DNA from: a virus
Strand: one strand, 5' to 3'
DNA length: 64,000 bases
IMG/VR virus record: IMGVR_UViG_3300045918_000320
Span: 17,293-81,292 of that record
Positions 17,781 through 27,642 of this stretch are shown in pieces. A model generated the notes under the pieces. That model made no database searches. It had not been told where the DNA came from and saw only the letters and a list, made by a program, of their open reading frames with translations. Each line of letters opens with the position of its first letter. Within the stretch, counting starts at the first letter, position 1. The position numbers and the translations under genes are program-made.

Positions 17781-19813
17781 TATTGTCCGTTTCCTGTTAT
17801 ATTTGCTAAACCTTGTTGCGGAGTAGCTACACCTTGAGGAGGCTCTGCTGGACTCGGCTGATTTGGCATATTTTGATTTGGCATTTGCCCTTGATCTTGC
17901 ATTATATCTCCTGCACTTGGATTTGGTGCTTGTTGCATTTGTCCTTGAGGTGCTTGCCCTTGAGGCTGTTGAGGAGCTGCTATAGGCTGGTATCCTAATA
18001 CTTGTAGTAAAGCTGGATCTACAGTTTGTCCTAATGTAATATGTTCTTGAATATGATTCAAAATTAAAGCTGCATGTTGATCATCATCTCTAATATCTGG
18101 ATCATCTAATAAACTAGCATGTTCTTTAATATGTTCAGCATGGTCGTCAATAGCTAAAGCTTTAATTTGCTTTCCATCCATTAACTTTTCATTTTCCATT
18201 TCAATTTGATTCATTCTTCTAGTATTTCTATCAGTCATTACTTCAAGTTTACCAGTATTAATAACTTGAATATACTGATCAATAGTAAATTCATCAGCTT
18301 TCATTTGTAATAATTGTTCCGCCATTTGAATTCTACCGGCAGTAGTTTTAGCTAAAGGATTTCCCACATCAACTACTACTCTATTTACTTCTTGAATATC
18401 ATCTGATTTAAATTGTTTTAAATATGCTTTATTATTTCTACCAATAATACTAGCTACTCTAGGCTCTGTGGCATAATCTTTTAATACTTCAATTATAGCT
18501 GTACCAACGTCCTCTAAAAGCTGAACGTATTGTTGCTGAAGCCCAGAAATAAATTGAATAGACATCGATTGTACTAATGCCAATGAAGTTCCAGACTTTA
18601 AATTAGCTTCAGGATTACCTCTAGTAACTGAGTTTACTCCTGAAAGTGTTTCCATTAATCCTTCCAACTTATTTACTAAATCAAATGACATTGGATTAGT
18701 GCCAAGTAAATTCATTACTTCAGGTTTTTCCAAACCTTCAATAATATTTAATCCACCTGATAAATTAGACATAGAAACATTAGAACCGGTTTTAACAAAA
18801 ATATTTTGTGTACCAAAAGCTACTTGATTTGAAAAAATAGAAGTATAAACTGTATTCACTGCCTCTTGGAGAGGAATTAAATCGAAGAGGCTGGAATAAC
18901 CCATTGTTGTACCTAGTACTTCATTCGGAGCAATTCGGTATACTGGAATTTGTTTATATGGTAAATCTTGATCTGTTAAAATAACTTTTTCTGAAAGAAA
19001 TACTACTTCTCTACCATTAGGTAAAGAGTCTGTTGGTCTGTGGTAAAAAGTAAATATGGGAACTTCGTCTGTTGCCATTTGTTTATTCATTACTAAAGTT
19101 TGATATTTATCTTTACCGTCTAATCCTAAAATATCATCTTCATATTCTGGAAATTTAGCAATTAAATCATATCTATTTTTAAAATCAATTGTAATCATCC
19201 AATCATGGTTCGTGCTATCTTTAGAAATGTCAAAAATGACTTCAAAGGGGGATAGATTAGAGAATTTAATATCTCCTTCACGAATAACTGTACCGGTTTC
19301 TTCGTCTTCTTCAACGATTTTACCAATACTAGTATCCCATTCCATTTTAATATAACCAGCACCAAGTACAATAGCATATTCCACCGCAGTTGAGATGAAT
19401 CTTTCTAATCTCTTTTCTCTCATATAATAATCTAAAAGTCCAGTAGCAAGTTGAGCTTGTATTAAACTTTTTGGATCAGTATTTGCGGCTCTAGCCTCTA
19501 AAGCTGGTCTAGAAGCGATAGTCATAGTCTTAATGTGTTGAGCAATATTTCTGATATGATTTACTGGAAGGTTAGCTAACTCGCCCTGCTCTCCCCCAAA
19601 AGAAATTTGGTGAGAACCAGCGAAAGATTGAAAAAACATACCATGGTAACTAGCCCAGCATTGTTTAATTTTATCGGAGTAGCCCATAGCTTTAGAAGTA
19701 GCTTGCCACTCTCCAACTTTACCAATTAATACTTCAGCTAAATCAGTACCTTCTTTTTTAGCAAAATATACATTATCGGTTTTTTGTTTTTTTGTAAAAT
19801 TAAAACTATCCAT
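17780..19813 (-). CDS. portal protein (start corrected to 19813)
   Basis: about 677 aa after TerL; LSGVNSVTRG..SGTSLA motif; Gln/Pro tail; ATG at 19813 has a GGAG SD and lies downstream of the late motif at 19843. Confidence 0.85.
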   Translation of the reverse strand: MDSFNFTKKQKTDNVYFAKKEGTDLAEVLIGKVGEWQATSKAMGYSDKIKQCWASYHGMFFQSFAGSHQISFGGEQGELANLPVNHIRNIAQHIKTMTIASRPALEARAANTDPKSLIQAQLATGLLDYYMREKRLERFISTAVEYAIVLGAGYIKMEWDTSIGKIVEEDEETGTVIREGDIKFSNLSPFEVIFDISKDSTNHDWMITIDFKNRYDLIAKFPEYEDDILGLDGKDKYQTLVMNKQMATDEVPIFTFYHRPTDSLPNGREVVFLSEKVILTDQDLPYKQIPVYRIAPNEVLGTTMGYSSLFDLIPLQEAVNTVYTSIFSNQVAFGTQNIFVKTGSNVSMSNLSGGLNIIEGLEKPEVMNLLGTNPMSFDLVNKLEGLMETLSGVNSVTRGNPEANLKSGTSLALVQSMSIQFISGLQQQYVQLLEDVGTAIIEVLKDYATEPRVASIIGRNNKAYLKQFKSDDIQEVNRVVVDVGNPLAKTTAGRIQMAEQLLQMKADEFTIDQYIQVINTGKLEVMTDRNTRRMNQIEMENEKLMDGKQIKALAIDDHAEHIKEHASLLDDPDIRDDDQHAALILNHIQEHITLGQTVDPALLQVLGYQPIAAPQQPQGQAPQGQMQQAPNPSAGDIMQDQGQMPNQNMPNQPSPAEPPQGVATPQQGLANITGNGQ

Positions 19814-19835
19814 TAGTACTCCATGAGTATAAATC

Positions 19836-19853
19836 TCATAAGTAGTTGTTAAT
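19836..19853 (-). promoter_or_regulatory. late-promoter motif
   Basis: ATTAACAACTACTTATGA upstream of portal. Confidence 0.7.
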
Positions 19854-19902
19854 TTCTCGAATTTACTCAAAAACTACGAAAAAATCACAGCTTTAAGCTA
19901 AA

Positions 19903-21321
19903 TTATTTTCTTTTTTTAAATGGATTAAATAAATTTTTAAGCTCTTGATGAAATTCTGGTAACTTAGATACTTGATTTGTCTCCCAGAGTGTTCCCGAAG
20001 GTAAAAAATGACCAGAAGGATACGGATTTTTATTATATTGTACGTTTCTTACAAAATAAATTAAAGCATCTAAAGTATCGAAATGTCCATGCTGAGTATC
20101 TCTATCAAATCCTGTTCTTTTTGTATTCCATGTAGCGTATTTTAAATGGTCTATTAAATATTTACATTTAGGGCTAATTAAAATAGATTCATTTTGAACT
20201 AGTAAACGTAATTTACTTATTGCGGCTTCTTTATTATCTTTTGCTGTAGGAATAAATACTAAATTATATGGTTCTTGAGATAATTCATTTAGTAAAATTA
20301 AATTATTATTATCTGCATATCTTAAATAAGGTTTTGCTAACCAAAGTTCAGATTCTTTTTCAGAAATTCCGGCATGAAGGGATCTAGTAGTTACTTTATT
20401 TCCTTTAACAACGTACTCATCTTCGATTACTACTTTATTTTGTAAAAAATCATAATATCCAAAAATTATTGCTGTAAAATCTTTAAATCCAATATCCATA
20501 GCAACATAACAATCAAAAAATGCAGGTCTAGGTTGTTCACCTATTATTAATTTCATTTTTTCTTCTGTAGCTTCTGGTACTACTGCTGATTCTTGATCTG
20601 TAATCATGATATTTAAATATTCACGTTTAAAATCTACAGAATCGTATCCACCAACTTCTTCAGCAAATCCATCAACATCAGTTCTAGTATATCTAGGGCA
20701 AGAAAATATATCTTTTTTAATCAAAGTTCCATCAAATTCTGCTTTTTTTACAAGCTCCCAATATTCATGTTCCGCAGATTTAGGAAGAGTACTACATAAA
20801 AGCATTTTACCTTTTGTAGTGTTGAGTTTAGGATACAAAACAGATCTTAATCCGTATTTTAATTCATCCATAAATCCGCACTCGTCAACGATAACTAAAA
20901 CCGCTTTTCCACCTCGTTGAGATTCTATTTCTCCAGCATTAAATCCTCCAAGTTCTAGTCTAGCTCCATTTGGAAATAGGTAACAAGATTCTTGAGTTTT
21001 ATATTCCGGCTGCATATCTTGAGGACATGTTTTTAATATTTCTAAAAGAGTAGCTCTAATAATTTTTTTACCTTGATTTAATCTAGGAGAAATATAAATT
21101 ACTGTAGCATTTGGAGACTTTAAACATTTCTCTACTGCAATAGTAACTAGAGAAAAAGTTTTACCCATTTGCCGAGAAAATACTGCAATTAAAGTTTTTC
21201 TTGGAGATTTTGTATAATGTTCGTAAATTTCTTTTTGATTAGCATCGAGTAAGAATTCAGAAATATTTCCAGATTCCCAGATTAATCTTCTAGCTTCTGC
21301 TGGAGTAATATCTCTAGCCAT
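19903..21321 (-). CDS. terL: terminase large subunit
   Basis: Walker A SRQMGKT, Walker B VIVDE, nuclease motifs AMDIG and HFDTLDA. Confidence 0.9.
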   Translation of the reverse strand: MARDITPAEARRLIWESGNISEFLLDANQKEIYEHYTKSPRKTLIAVFSRQMGKTFSLVTIAVEKCLKSPNATVIYISPRLNQGKKIIRATLLEILKTCPQDMQPEYKTQESCYLFPNGARLELGGFNAGEIESQRGGKAVLVIVDECGFMDELKYGLRSVLYPKLNTTKGKMLLCSTLPKSAEHEYWELVKKAEFDGTLIKKDIFSCPRYTRTDVDGFAEEVGGYDSVDFKREYLNIMITDQESAVVPEATEEKMKLIIGEQPRPAFFDCYVAMDIGFKDFTAIIFGYYDFLQNKVVIEDEYVVKGNKVTTRSLHAGISEKESELWLAKPYLRYADNNNLILLNELSQEPYNLVFIPTAKDNKEAAISKLRLLVQNESILISPKCKYLIDHLKYATWNTKRTGFDRDTQHGHFDTLDALIYFVRNVQYNKNPYPSGHFLPSGTLWETNQVSKLPEFHQELKNLFNPFKKRK

Positions 21322-21322
21322 T

Positions 21323-21727
21323 TTAATTCTCCGAATCTTCCGGACTAGATTTTAAAGCTATCTCAATTAATTCTTGAGGAGAGTATTGTTTAACTGTATC
21401 TTTAGACTTAGGTTTTTCGGCTAAATCTTTACCTTTTATTGCTAATAAAGTTTTTGTATATAGCTCTACTAATTTTGCTTCAGAATATTCTAAAGGTTTT
21501 TGTTGGCATTTTACAAAAAGTCTACCTAATTCTATCTTACAAATTTCTTCTTCATTGCTAGCTATAGCAAGGCTATGAGAATTATGTTTAATTAAATCTT
21601 CTAAATGTTTTTTTTTATTTTCTACTTCTTTTAATTGACTTTGTAATACTAAATTAGTTTGCACTAGTCTTTCCGCAAATTCTCTTAATTCTTTTTCTGT
21701 TTTATACTGTGATAAGTCTACTATCAT
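21323..21727 (-). CDS. possible terminase small subunit
   Basis: helical 134 aa directly upstream of TerL; positional inference only. Confidence 0.4.
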   Translation of the reverse strand: MIVDLSQYKTEKELREFAERLVQTNLVLQSQLKEVENKKKHLEDLIKHNSHSLAIASNEEEICKIELGRLFVKCQQKPLEYSEAKLVELYTKTLLAIKGKDLAEKPKSKDTVKQYSPQELIEIALKSSPEDSEN

Positions 21728-22002
21728 TTTTTAAATCCACCTAGAGATTGTACAAATTGATCTTTAGTCTTTATACTCTCTACATTATTTCTTAAATTTG
21801 TTATTTCTTCTTTTACTTTGTTAATTTCTTCAGCCTGAACTTCATTTAATTTCTCAATTTTCTTAATTTCTACTACCTTATTTATTAAATTATAGAAAAT
21901 AATACTAATTGCGATTACTGAATCAGCAAATCCTATAGGTCTAACAATACATTTTATTAAAAATAGACAAGCAATTGTGAAAAAGACATTCTTTTTTGAC
22001 AT
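21724..22002 (-). CDS. membrane protein with coiled coil
   Basis: two hydrophobic segments then charged coil; AAGGAAG SD. Confidence 0.5.
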   Translation of the reverse strand: MSKKNVFFTIACLFLIKCIVRPIGFADSVIAISIIFYNLINKVVEIKKIEKLNEVQAEEINKVKEEITNLRNNVESIKTKDQFVQSLGGFKK

Positions 22003-22099
22003 TTTTTTTACTTCCTTATAAAAAGAGACTGCATGGTAAGTCGTTAACAGCTCGGCTCAAGTATTACTATTGGTAGTCTGACTTGACTTTGAGCACTCT

Positions 22100-22117
22100 C
22101 TATAAGTAGTTGTTAAA
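22100..22117 (-). promoter_or_regulatory. late-promoter motif heading the virion module
   Basis: TTTAACAACTACTTATAG. Confidence 0.75.
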
Positions 22118-22392
22118 AAGGCATAGTTTGGGCTTTCAGTTCTATTTTAGGCATATGTATACTGTAGCGTAACATAAGAGAAGCTACAGGAACTTCAGCC
22201 ATTATATCCAAAATGTTAAATTTGTAAATATATATTATTATAAATTATATTAAATGTCAATAAAAATAATAAGATATAGACAAATACAAAAGATAAATAT
22301 TATTAATTTTACCAAAAAAACATAGTTATTCAGTATTCCACCAAGGAACTTTTAAATTTTAATATATATTTTATATTTTGTCAACTTTTTTC

Positions 22393-22420
22393 TTGACTGT
22401 AAGATATTTTGTGGTATTAT
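22393..22420 (+). promoter_or_regulatory. sigma70-type promoter
   Basis: TTGACT..TGgTATTAT. Confidence 0.55.
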
Positions 22421-22444
22421 TCTTACAAGGTCTTTAATACGTTT

Positions 22445-22477
22445 GGGAGAGATGTCGCACTACACTCTCCCTTTTTT
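22445..22477 (+). terminator. promoter-proximal terminator hairpin
   Basis: GGGAGAG-13nt-CTCTCCC plus T6. Confidence 0.65.
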
Positions 22478-22492
22478 GTTTTTGGGAGATTT

Positions 22493-22900
22493 ATGTTAAT
22501 TAAAATTCAAAAAGGTCAACCTGTTCAAATAACTAATCACTTTTCTAGCACAGAATTTGAATGTCCCTGTACAAATTGTACAATAAATTATGTTGATGAT
22601 CAATTAGTAAATAAATTAGAAGATTTAAGAGTTGATTATGGATCACCAATTAGAATAACTTCAGGATATCGATGTCCAAAACACAATGAAGAAGTGGGGG
22701 GAGTATCTGCTTCTGCCCACCAATCAGGCTTGGCGGCTGATATACAACCTTCAGTAGTTAATGTTGACGAATTAGATAAATTATATGATTTAGCTTATAT
22801 TTCTTTTGACAATATTGGCGATGGTAGACGTTTAAAATTTGTACACCTTGACGTTCGCCCATCTAAACCGGATGGAAAAAAAAGAACTTGGACATATTAA
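22493..22900 (+). CDS. peptidase M15A (D-Ala-D-Ala Zn peptidase), probable endolysin
   Basis: HFSSTEFECPC, ITSGYRCPKHN, SAHQSGLAADI, FVHLDVR; start moved to the ATG with GGGAG SD. Confidence 0.85.
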   Translation: MLIKIQKGQPVQITNHFSSTEFECPCTNCTINYVDDQLVNKLEDLRVDYGSPIRITSGYRCPKHNEEVGGVSASAHQSGLAADIQPSVVNVDELDKLYDLAYISFDNIGDGRRLKFVHLDVRPSKPDGKKRTWTY

Positions 22901-22904
22901 TTTA

Positions 22905-22932
22905 TTGACAAATTAATTATATTTGATATACT
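22905..22932 (+). promoter_or_regulatory. sigma70-type promoter
   Basis: TTGACA..TGaTATACT ending 7 nt before the ATG at 22940. Confidence 0.65.
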
Positions 22933-22939
22933 GTAGCCG

Positions 22940-23305
22940 ATGAAAAAAACTAAAGACTTTACTTCAGAAAATTATGTTAGAATTATAGGTAATGAATCTT
23001 ATAAAAGAATTTTAGATAAAATGTCTAAAACTACAGGTTTAAGTTATACATATTTGGACTTATTATTGCGACAATTTGCTACAGAATTTGCTGACGAAAT
23101 GGCAGTTTCTGAGATTGTATCAGTACCTCTTATGGGTAATTTTAAAATAGTTAGACCGGATGGATCAACTCCTAGAGTTAGATTTTTAGCCGGAAAAACT
23201 TTTATGGAAATTTTTAAAAATGGAGGAACAGATGCGAATAAATCTCTCAGAGAACTCGGTATTATTGCTAAAGGAGCTATTACAGAGCGGAAAGGAGATA
23301 GCTGA
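22940..23305 (+). CDS. HU/IHF-like DNA-binding protein
   Basis: two helices then VSVPLMGNFKI..VRFLAGKTF, matching the HU pattern. Confidence 0.6.
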   Translation: MKKTKDFTSENYVRIIGNESYKRILDKMSKTTGLSYTYLDLLLRQFATEFADEMAVSEIVSVPLMGNFKIVRPDGSTPRVRFLAGKTFMEIFKNGGTDANKSLRELGIIAKGAITERKGDS

Positions 23306-23573
23306 ACAGGCTGATGATAATGTTCAATTATCTTACTATATACAATTAGAAAAACAATTAACTAGACATAATTTTGCTAATTTCAAAAACCATCAAATGG
23401 AATGTCTTTGGTATCTTGCTGACACAGGAAAAATATTAGCAGATACAGCTAAAGAAAATGCAGGAGAAAATGAAATAGCTTTAAAAAAAGCTGAAAAAAT
23501 TTCTGCAGCATATGATGAAATAAAAACGCACATACAAGAAGTAATTATAGCTAACTCACCACGAAAACTTTAA
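23220..23573 (+). CDS. hypothetical protein
   Basis: helical ORF; likely start at 23232 after GGAGG. Confidence 0.5.
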   Translation: MEEQMRINLSENSVLLLKELLQSGKEIAEQADDNVQLSYYIQLEKQLTRHNFANFKNHQMECLWYLADTGKILADTAKENAGENEIALKKAEKISAAYDEIKTHIQEVIIANSPRKL

Positions 23574-23592
23574 TAATTAAGGGGGATTTTTA

Positions 23593-25215
23593 ATGTCAGA
23601 ATTTGATGTTTTTTCAAACAAATTTGCTCAGGATATTTTTTTACAAAAGTATTCTATGGATGGACAAGAAACTTGGGAACAAACCGCACGAAGAGTTACA
23701 GAAGCTGTATGTAATCAGCTAGTAGATAATCAAACAAAAGAAAAAATATTCAAATTAATTAAAGATAGAAAATTTATTCCGGGAGGAAGATATTTATATT
23801 CTGCTGGAAGACCGTTTCACCAAGTAAATAATTGCTTTCTTTTTAGAGCTGAAGATTCTAGAGAAGGATGGGCAGACGCTACTTATAAAGCTACTAGTGC
23901 CTTAATGACAGGAGGAGGAATTGGATTCGACTATTCCGCTCTTCGACCATCTGGTGCAATTATTAAACGAACTGGAGGAACTTCTACAGGGCCTTTAGCT
24001 TTAATGAATATTATTAATGAGACAGGTAGATACGTAATGCAAGGTGGACAAAGACGTTCAGCTATTTATGGATCTTTAAACTGGCAACACGGAGATATAC
24101 AAGCATTTTTAAAATGTAAAGATCATTCTCCAGAACTACGAGCAGCTAAAGAAAAAGATTTTAATTTTCCTCTACCTCTAGAACTTACAAATATTTCTGT
24201 AAACTATGATACAGAATTTTTTGTAGCTATTGAAAATGAAGAGCATCCAAAACATAAACAAGCTAAAGAAATATTTATGCAGAATTTTAGACAAGCTGTA
24301 ACTTCTGCAGAGCCGGGATTTAGTTTTAATTATTTAAAAGATAATGAAACTTTAAGAAATGCTTGTACTGAGGTGACTAGTGAAGATGATAGTGATAAGT
24401 GCAATTTGGGTACTCTATGGATTAATCGCTTTAGAGATCGTAAGGAGTTTGCCGAAGGTGTCAAATTTTCTACTATTTTTCTACTTTGCGGTGGTATTTA
24501 TTCTGACGTACCTAATGACAAAATACGTGAAGTAGGATTAAAAAATAATAGAATTGGATTGGGACTTGGCGGTATGCATGAATGGTTAATGCTTCGTGGA
24601 GAAAAATACGAAGTTACTCCAGAGTTACACAAATGGTTACGAGTATACGAACAAGAGTCTAATTCAGCAGCATTTATTTATGCAAAAGAATTAGGAGTAG
24701 CAGTACCTAAAGGTATTAGAGCTATAGCACCAACAGGCACTATTGGAATTATTGCTGAAACAACTACAGGAATTGAGCCTTTATTCTGTAAATCATACAA
24801 AAGAAGATATTTTAAAGATGGAAAATGGTTAACTCAGTTTGTAATTGATGGATCTGTAAAAAGACTTTTAGATAAAGGTGTAAAGATAGAAGATATACAA
24901 GATAGTTATGATTTAACTTTCCAACAAAGAGTTAAATTTCAAGCTGATGTTCAAAATTATGTTGACATGGCAATTTCTTCTACTTGTAACATGGCTCCTT
25001 GGGGATCTGATGAAAATAATGAAAAATCTTTAGAAAAAAATGCTAAAATTTTATTAAAATATGCAAAGAGACTACGTGGATTTACAGTATATCCTGATGG
25101 ATGTCGTGGTGGGCAGCCTTTAACTAGAGTAGACTTATCCGAAGCTTTAGGTAAAGAAGGGCAAGTATTTGAAGAAAATATGACAGAATGTATAGGCGGT
25201 GTTTGCGGATTATGA
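23593..25215 (+). CDS. nrdJ: class II (B12-dependent) ribonucleotide reductase
   Basis: FIPGGRYL, NNCF, GGGIG, NACTE, APTGTI, C-terminal CIGGVC; no beta subunit nearby. Confidence 0.85.
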   Translation: MSEFDVFSNKFAQDIFLQKYSMDGQETWEQTARRVTEAVCNQLVDNQTKEKIFKLIKDRKFIPGGRYLYSAGRPFHQVNNCFLFRAEDSREGWADATYKATSALMTGGGIGFDYSALRPSGAIIKRTGGTSTGPLALMNIINETGRYVMQGGQRRSAIYGSLNWQHGDIQAFLKCKDHSPELRAAKEKDFNFPLPLELTNISVNYDTEFFVAIENEEHPKHKQAKEIFMQNFRQAVTSAEPGFSFNYLKDNETLRNACTEVTSEDDSDKCNLGTLWINRFRDRKEFAEGVKFSTIFLLCGGIYSDVPNDKIREVGLKNNRIGLGLGGMHEWLMLRGEKYEVTPELHKWLRVYEQESNSAAFIYAKELGVAVPKGIRAIAPTGTIGIIAETTTGIEPLFCKSYKRRYFKDGKWLTQFVIDGSVKRLLDKGVKIEDIQDSYDLTFQQRVKFQADVQNYVDMAISSTCNMAPWGSDENNEKSLEKNAKILLKYAKRLRGFTVYPDGCRGGQPLTRVDLSEALGKEGQVFEENMTECIGGVCGL

Positions 25216-25376
25216 AAGCAACAAAAATGTATAATAAATTTGTAAAAATAAAATGCCCATATTGTGAGTCAGCAGTAAAAGTAGATTTTAATTTTGCTAA
25301 AGAAAATGGCAGAGTATTTTGCGGAACTTGCTGTAAAAGCTTTGATGTAGAAATAGATGATACTGAAGAAGAATAG
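25188..25376 (+). CDS. small zinc-ribbon protein
   Basis: CPYC..CGTC; true start probably downstream. Confidence 0.5.
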   Translation: MYRRCLRIMKATKMYNKFVKIKCPYCESAVKVDFNFAKENGRVFCGTCCKSFDVEIDDTEEE

Positions 25377-25378
25377 TG

Positions 25379-25407
25379 TTGACATATAAAAATTATTATG
25401 ATACAAT
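25379..25407 (+). promoter_or_regulatory. strong sigma70 promoter
   Basis: TTGACA-17-TACAAT with TG extension. Confidence 0.75.
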
Positions 25408-25411
25408 ATAA

Positions 25412-25493
25412 GAGTCTCCTTAAACTTTAGATTAGTTTTAGAGACTCCTTTGGTTAGCCAGCTAGTTGTTCCCTCCTTCTAGCTGGTTTTTTT
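25412..25493 (+). ncRNA. candidate ~80-nt two-hairpin small RNA
   Basis: promoter, GAGTCTC/GAGACTC hairpin, then AGCCAGCTAG/CTAGCTGGTT terminator with CCCTCCTT loop. Confidence 0.5.
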
Positions 25494-26010
25494 ATTTGAG
25501 GTTATATGTTTAATAAATTAAAATTTAGTATAAAAAAAATTATAGACTTAAGAATTATAAAAGTAAAAGTATTAATTACTTCTCATAATTTAGATGCGTT
25601 TGAAGCTTACTTGGATAAACTTCCAGTAGAAGGCTCTTCTATATTTGCTTTAGATATAGAAAGATCTAAGAACTATGGACAAAACCTCTATTCTTGGATA
25701 GATGTAACTAAAATGACAAAAGTAGGTGATGTATATCATATTTTAGATTGCTTAGATAGAAAATTTGTAGTAAGGGTATTGACAGAATAATATAATTGAT
25801 TTATGATTTAAATATAAGTGGAGGGACTTATGGAAATCAAAAAAAATCAAATTTACATTTTTAAAAAGTCGATGGAAATTGTAACAGTAATTAAAGTAAA
25901 TGAAAACAAAGTAGCTTTATTATTTAACGAAACCGAAAAAGAATATGAAGTACTTACAGTAGATTTAAATTTTATGACAGAAGATAAGTTTAAGTATATA
26001 GGAGAATATC

Positions 26011-26745
26011 GTGGACAAAATAGAAAGTTACAACAGGTGGCATAATCCTAATCACGGATTTGAATTACAGCCGGATGTTAATGGAGGCCCTAGAATAACT
26101 ACTGAAAATGGTATTTTGTATCAATCTGAATTTGTAATGCTGCAGGATATTATTGGTACTCTGGACGATATGGATAAATCTAGATTTTCTAGAACGGTAG
26201 ATGCTCTAGAATTAGAGCCGGGATTATATTGTCGTTCTCGACAAGAAAAATCTGAAGACTCAGCTACTAGACGTACAATATCTCAAGACAATATAGATGG
26301 TATAGTTTATGGCGGATTAATTTGTGGTACAGATAGATACAGTAAAGACGTAGCAAAATACGCACTAAAACACTTTGGAATATTTAATAATACTTCTAGA
26401 TTTGTATTACCTCTAAACCCTGGAAATTTCTTTGACTGGTTTTTATCAGGGGGATATTTTATCTTGTCTATTTTCTTTTTACCAGTATTTATTATTAACT
26501 ATTTACTTACTATACATAAAGATAAGAATAATACGAGTTCTAAAAAACTATACCTACTTTGTCTTTATGCTATGCGTAAAACAAAAATTATGAGATATTT
26601 TTATAGACATTTCTGTGAGCATATGGTAGAAATGTATGGAGAGGAATTTATATCTGAAATTTATAAGATATACTATCCAGCCGAGCATCCTTTAAATTTT
26701 TTTGCTAAAGGTATAAAGTATACTAATGGAGTATTTACAAAATGA
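26011..26745 (+). CDS. hypothetical protein with hydrophobic segment
   Basis: 244 aa, GTG start with GGAG SD. Confidence 0.55.
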   Translation: MDKIESYNRWHNPNHGFELQPDVNGGPRITTENGILYQSEFVMLQDIIGTLDDMDKSRFSRTVDALELEPGLYCRSRQEKSEDSATRRTISQDNIDGIVYGGLICGTDRYSKDVAKYALKHFGIFNNTSRFVLPLNPGNFFDWFLSGGYFILSIFFLPVFIINYLLTIHKDKNNTSSKKLYLLCLYAMRKTKIMRYFYRHFCEHMVEMYGEEFISEIYKIYYPAEHPLNFFAKGIKYTNGVFTK

Positions 26746-27172
26746 ATAAGTTAGATAATGAAACACTTTTGGAATTAGTAGAGGTAGATTTTGATAAAAT
26801 CAAATTCGAGAAAGAGAGCGATGGTGGAGTTAGTATTGTTTTTACTGACGAGTCCGAGAAGATCAAGTTGGAAAACATCGCTCTTAGGGCTTTTAAGGTT
26901 AAAAAAGATACTGTTAAAGCTCGTGAGAAAAACCTAGTAAAGCTTATAGAAATTTTATTAAATGAAGCTTTTAGATCTTTAGGAGATGAAGATGTACAAG
27001 TTTAAAAAAGAACCAGATTCTAACAATGAATTTGATATTTCAGAAGTTGTCTTTACTGTAGACGCTAATACTGCAACTGAATTAACTACAGAAATGTTTT
27101 ATTTCCTATTAGCTTGTGGATTTCAAAAAGAATCTATATTAAATTCATTATCAGCTCTTATCGAGGAACACA

Positions 27173-27352
27173 ATGAAGAAGTCTGAATTAATAGAAGCAG
27201 TTCTAAAAGAAAGCATGTCTCTTTGTAATAAAGAGCAAGTAATACAGAATTTAGAGATACTGGAAAGATTAGGAATGAAACCTCCAGTAACTAAAGACTA
27301 TGAAAATTTTGAAGAACATTTTGGTGTAGCGTTTAAATGGGATGAGGAATGA
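27173..27352 (+). CDS. 59-aa hypothetical protein (not in ORF track)
   Basis: MKKSELIEAV..LGMKPP..KWDEE; GAGG SD; fills gap with overlapping start/stop. Confidence 0.55.
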   Translation: MKKSELIEAVLKESMSLCNKEQVIQNLEILERLGMKPPVTKDYENFEEHFGVAFKWDEE

Positions 27353-27642
27353 TTACAAAAAAAGAAGCTTACGAAAATATGATGGGATTTGATTCTCATC
27401 CTCCTGTCACTACTATGTCTTTAATAAATGAGATAGTAGATATTTCTAGTAAGCTTGGTCAGCAAGCTATCTCAATTTATGTACCAATAAAATCTTTAGA
27501 AAAATTTAAAAACTCTTTGCGTAAAAGAGGATTTGGCGTGCAGTATGTTACATTTAAAGCTATGCCCGAAGTAGCATATATAACTATAGTTTGGGATGTA
27601 GCAGATTTTATAGCTAGCGAAGCTGGTAAGGAGATTTAAATA

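Noticed and set aside
19814-19870. ORF-track N-terminal extension of the portal
   Set aside because: It runs through the late motif; the ATG at 19813 has a proper SD.
2027-20920. Plus-strand shadow ORFs (2027, 2309, 3448, 4672, 7899, 9069, 11547, 13558, 16883, 17204, 17813, 20606)
   Set aside because: Antisense to well-supported genes, no SD, composition typical of reverse frames.
1849-22117. Repeated TTAACAACTA as CRISPR repeats
   Set aside because: Copies are short and kilobases apart, with no regular spacers. The PD-(D/E)xK gene sits with ERF, not with cas genes.
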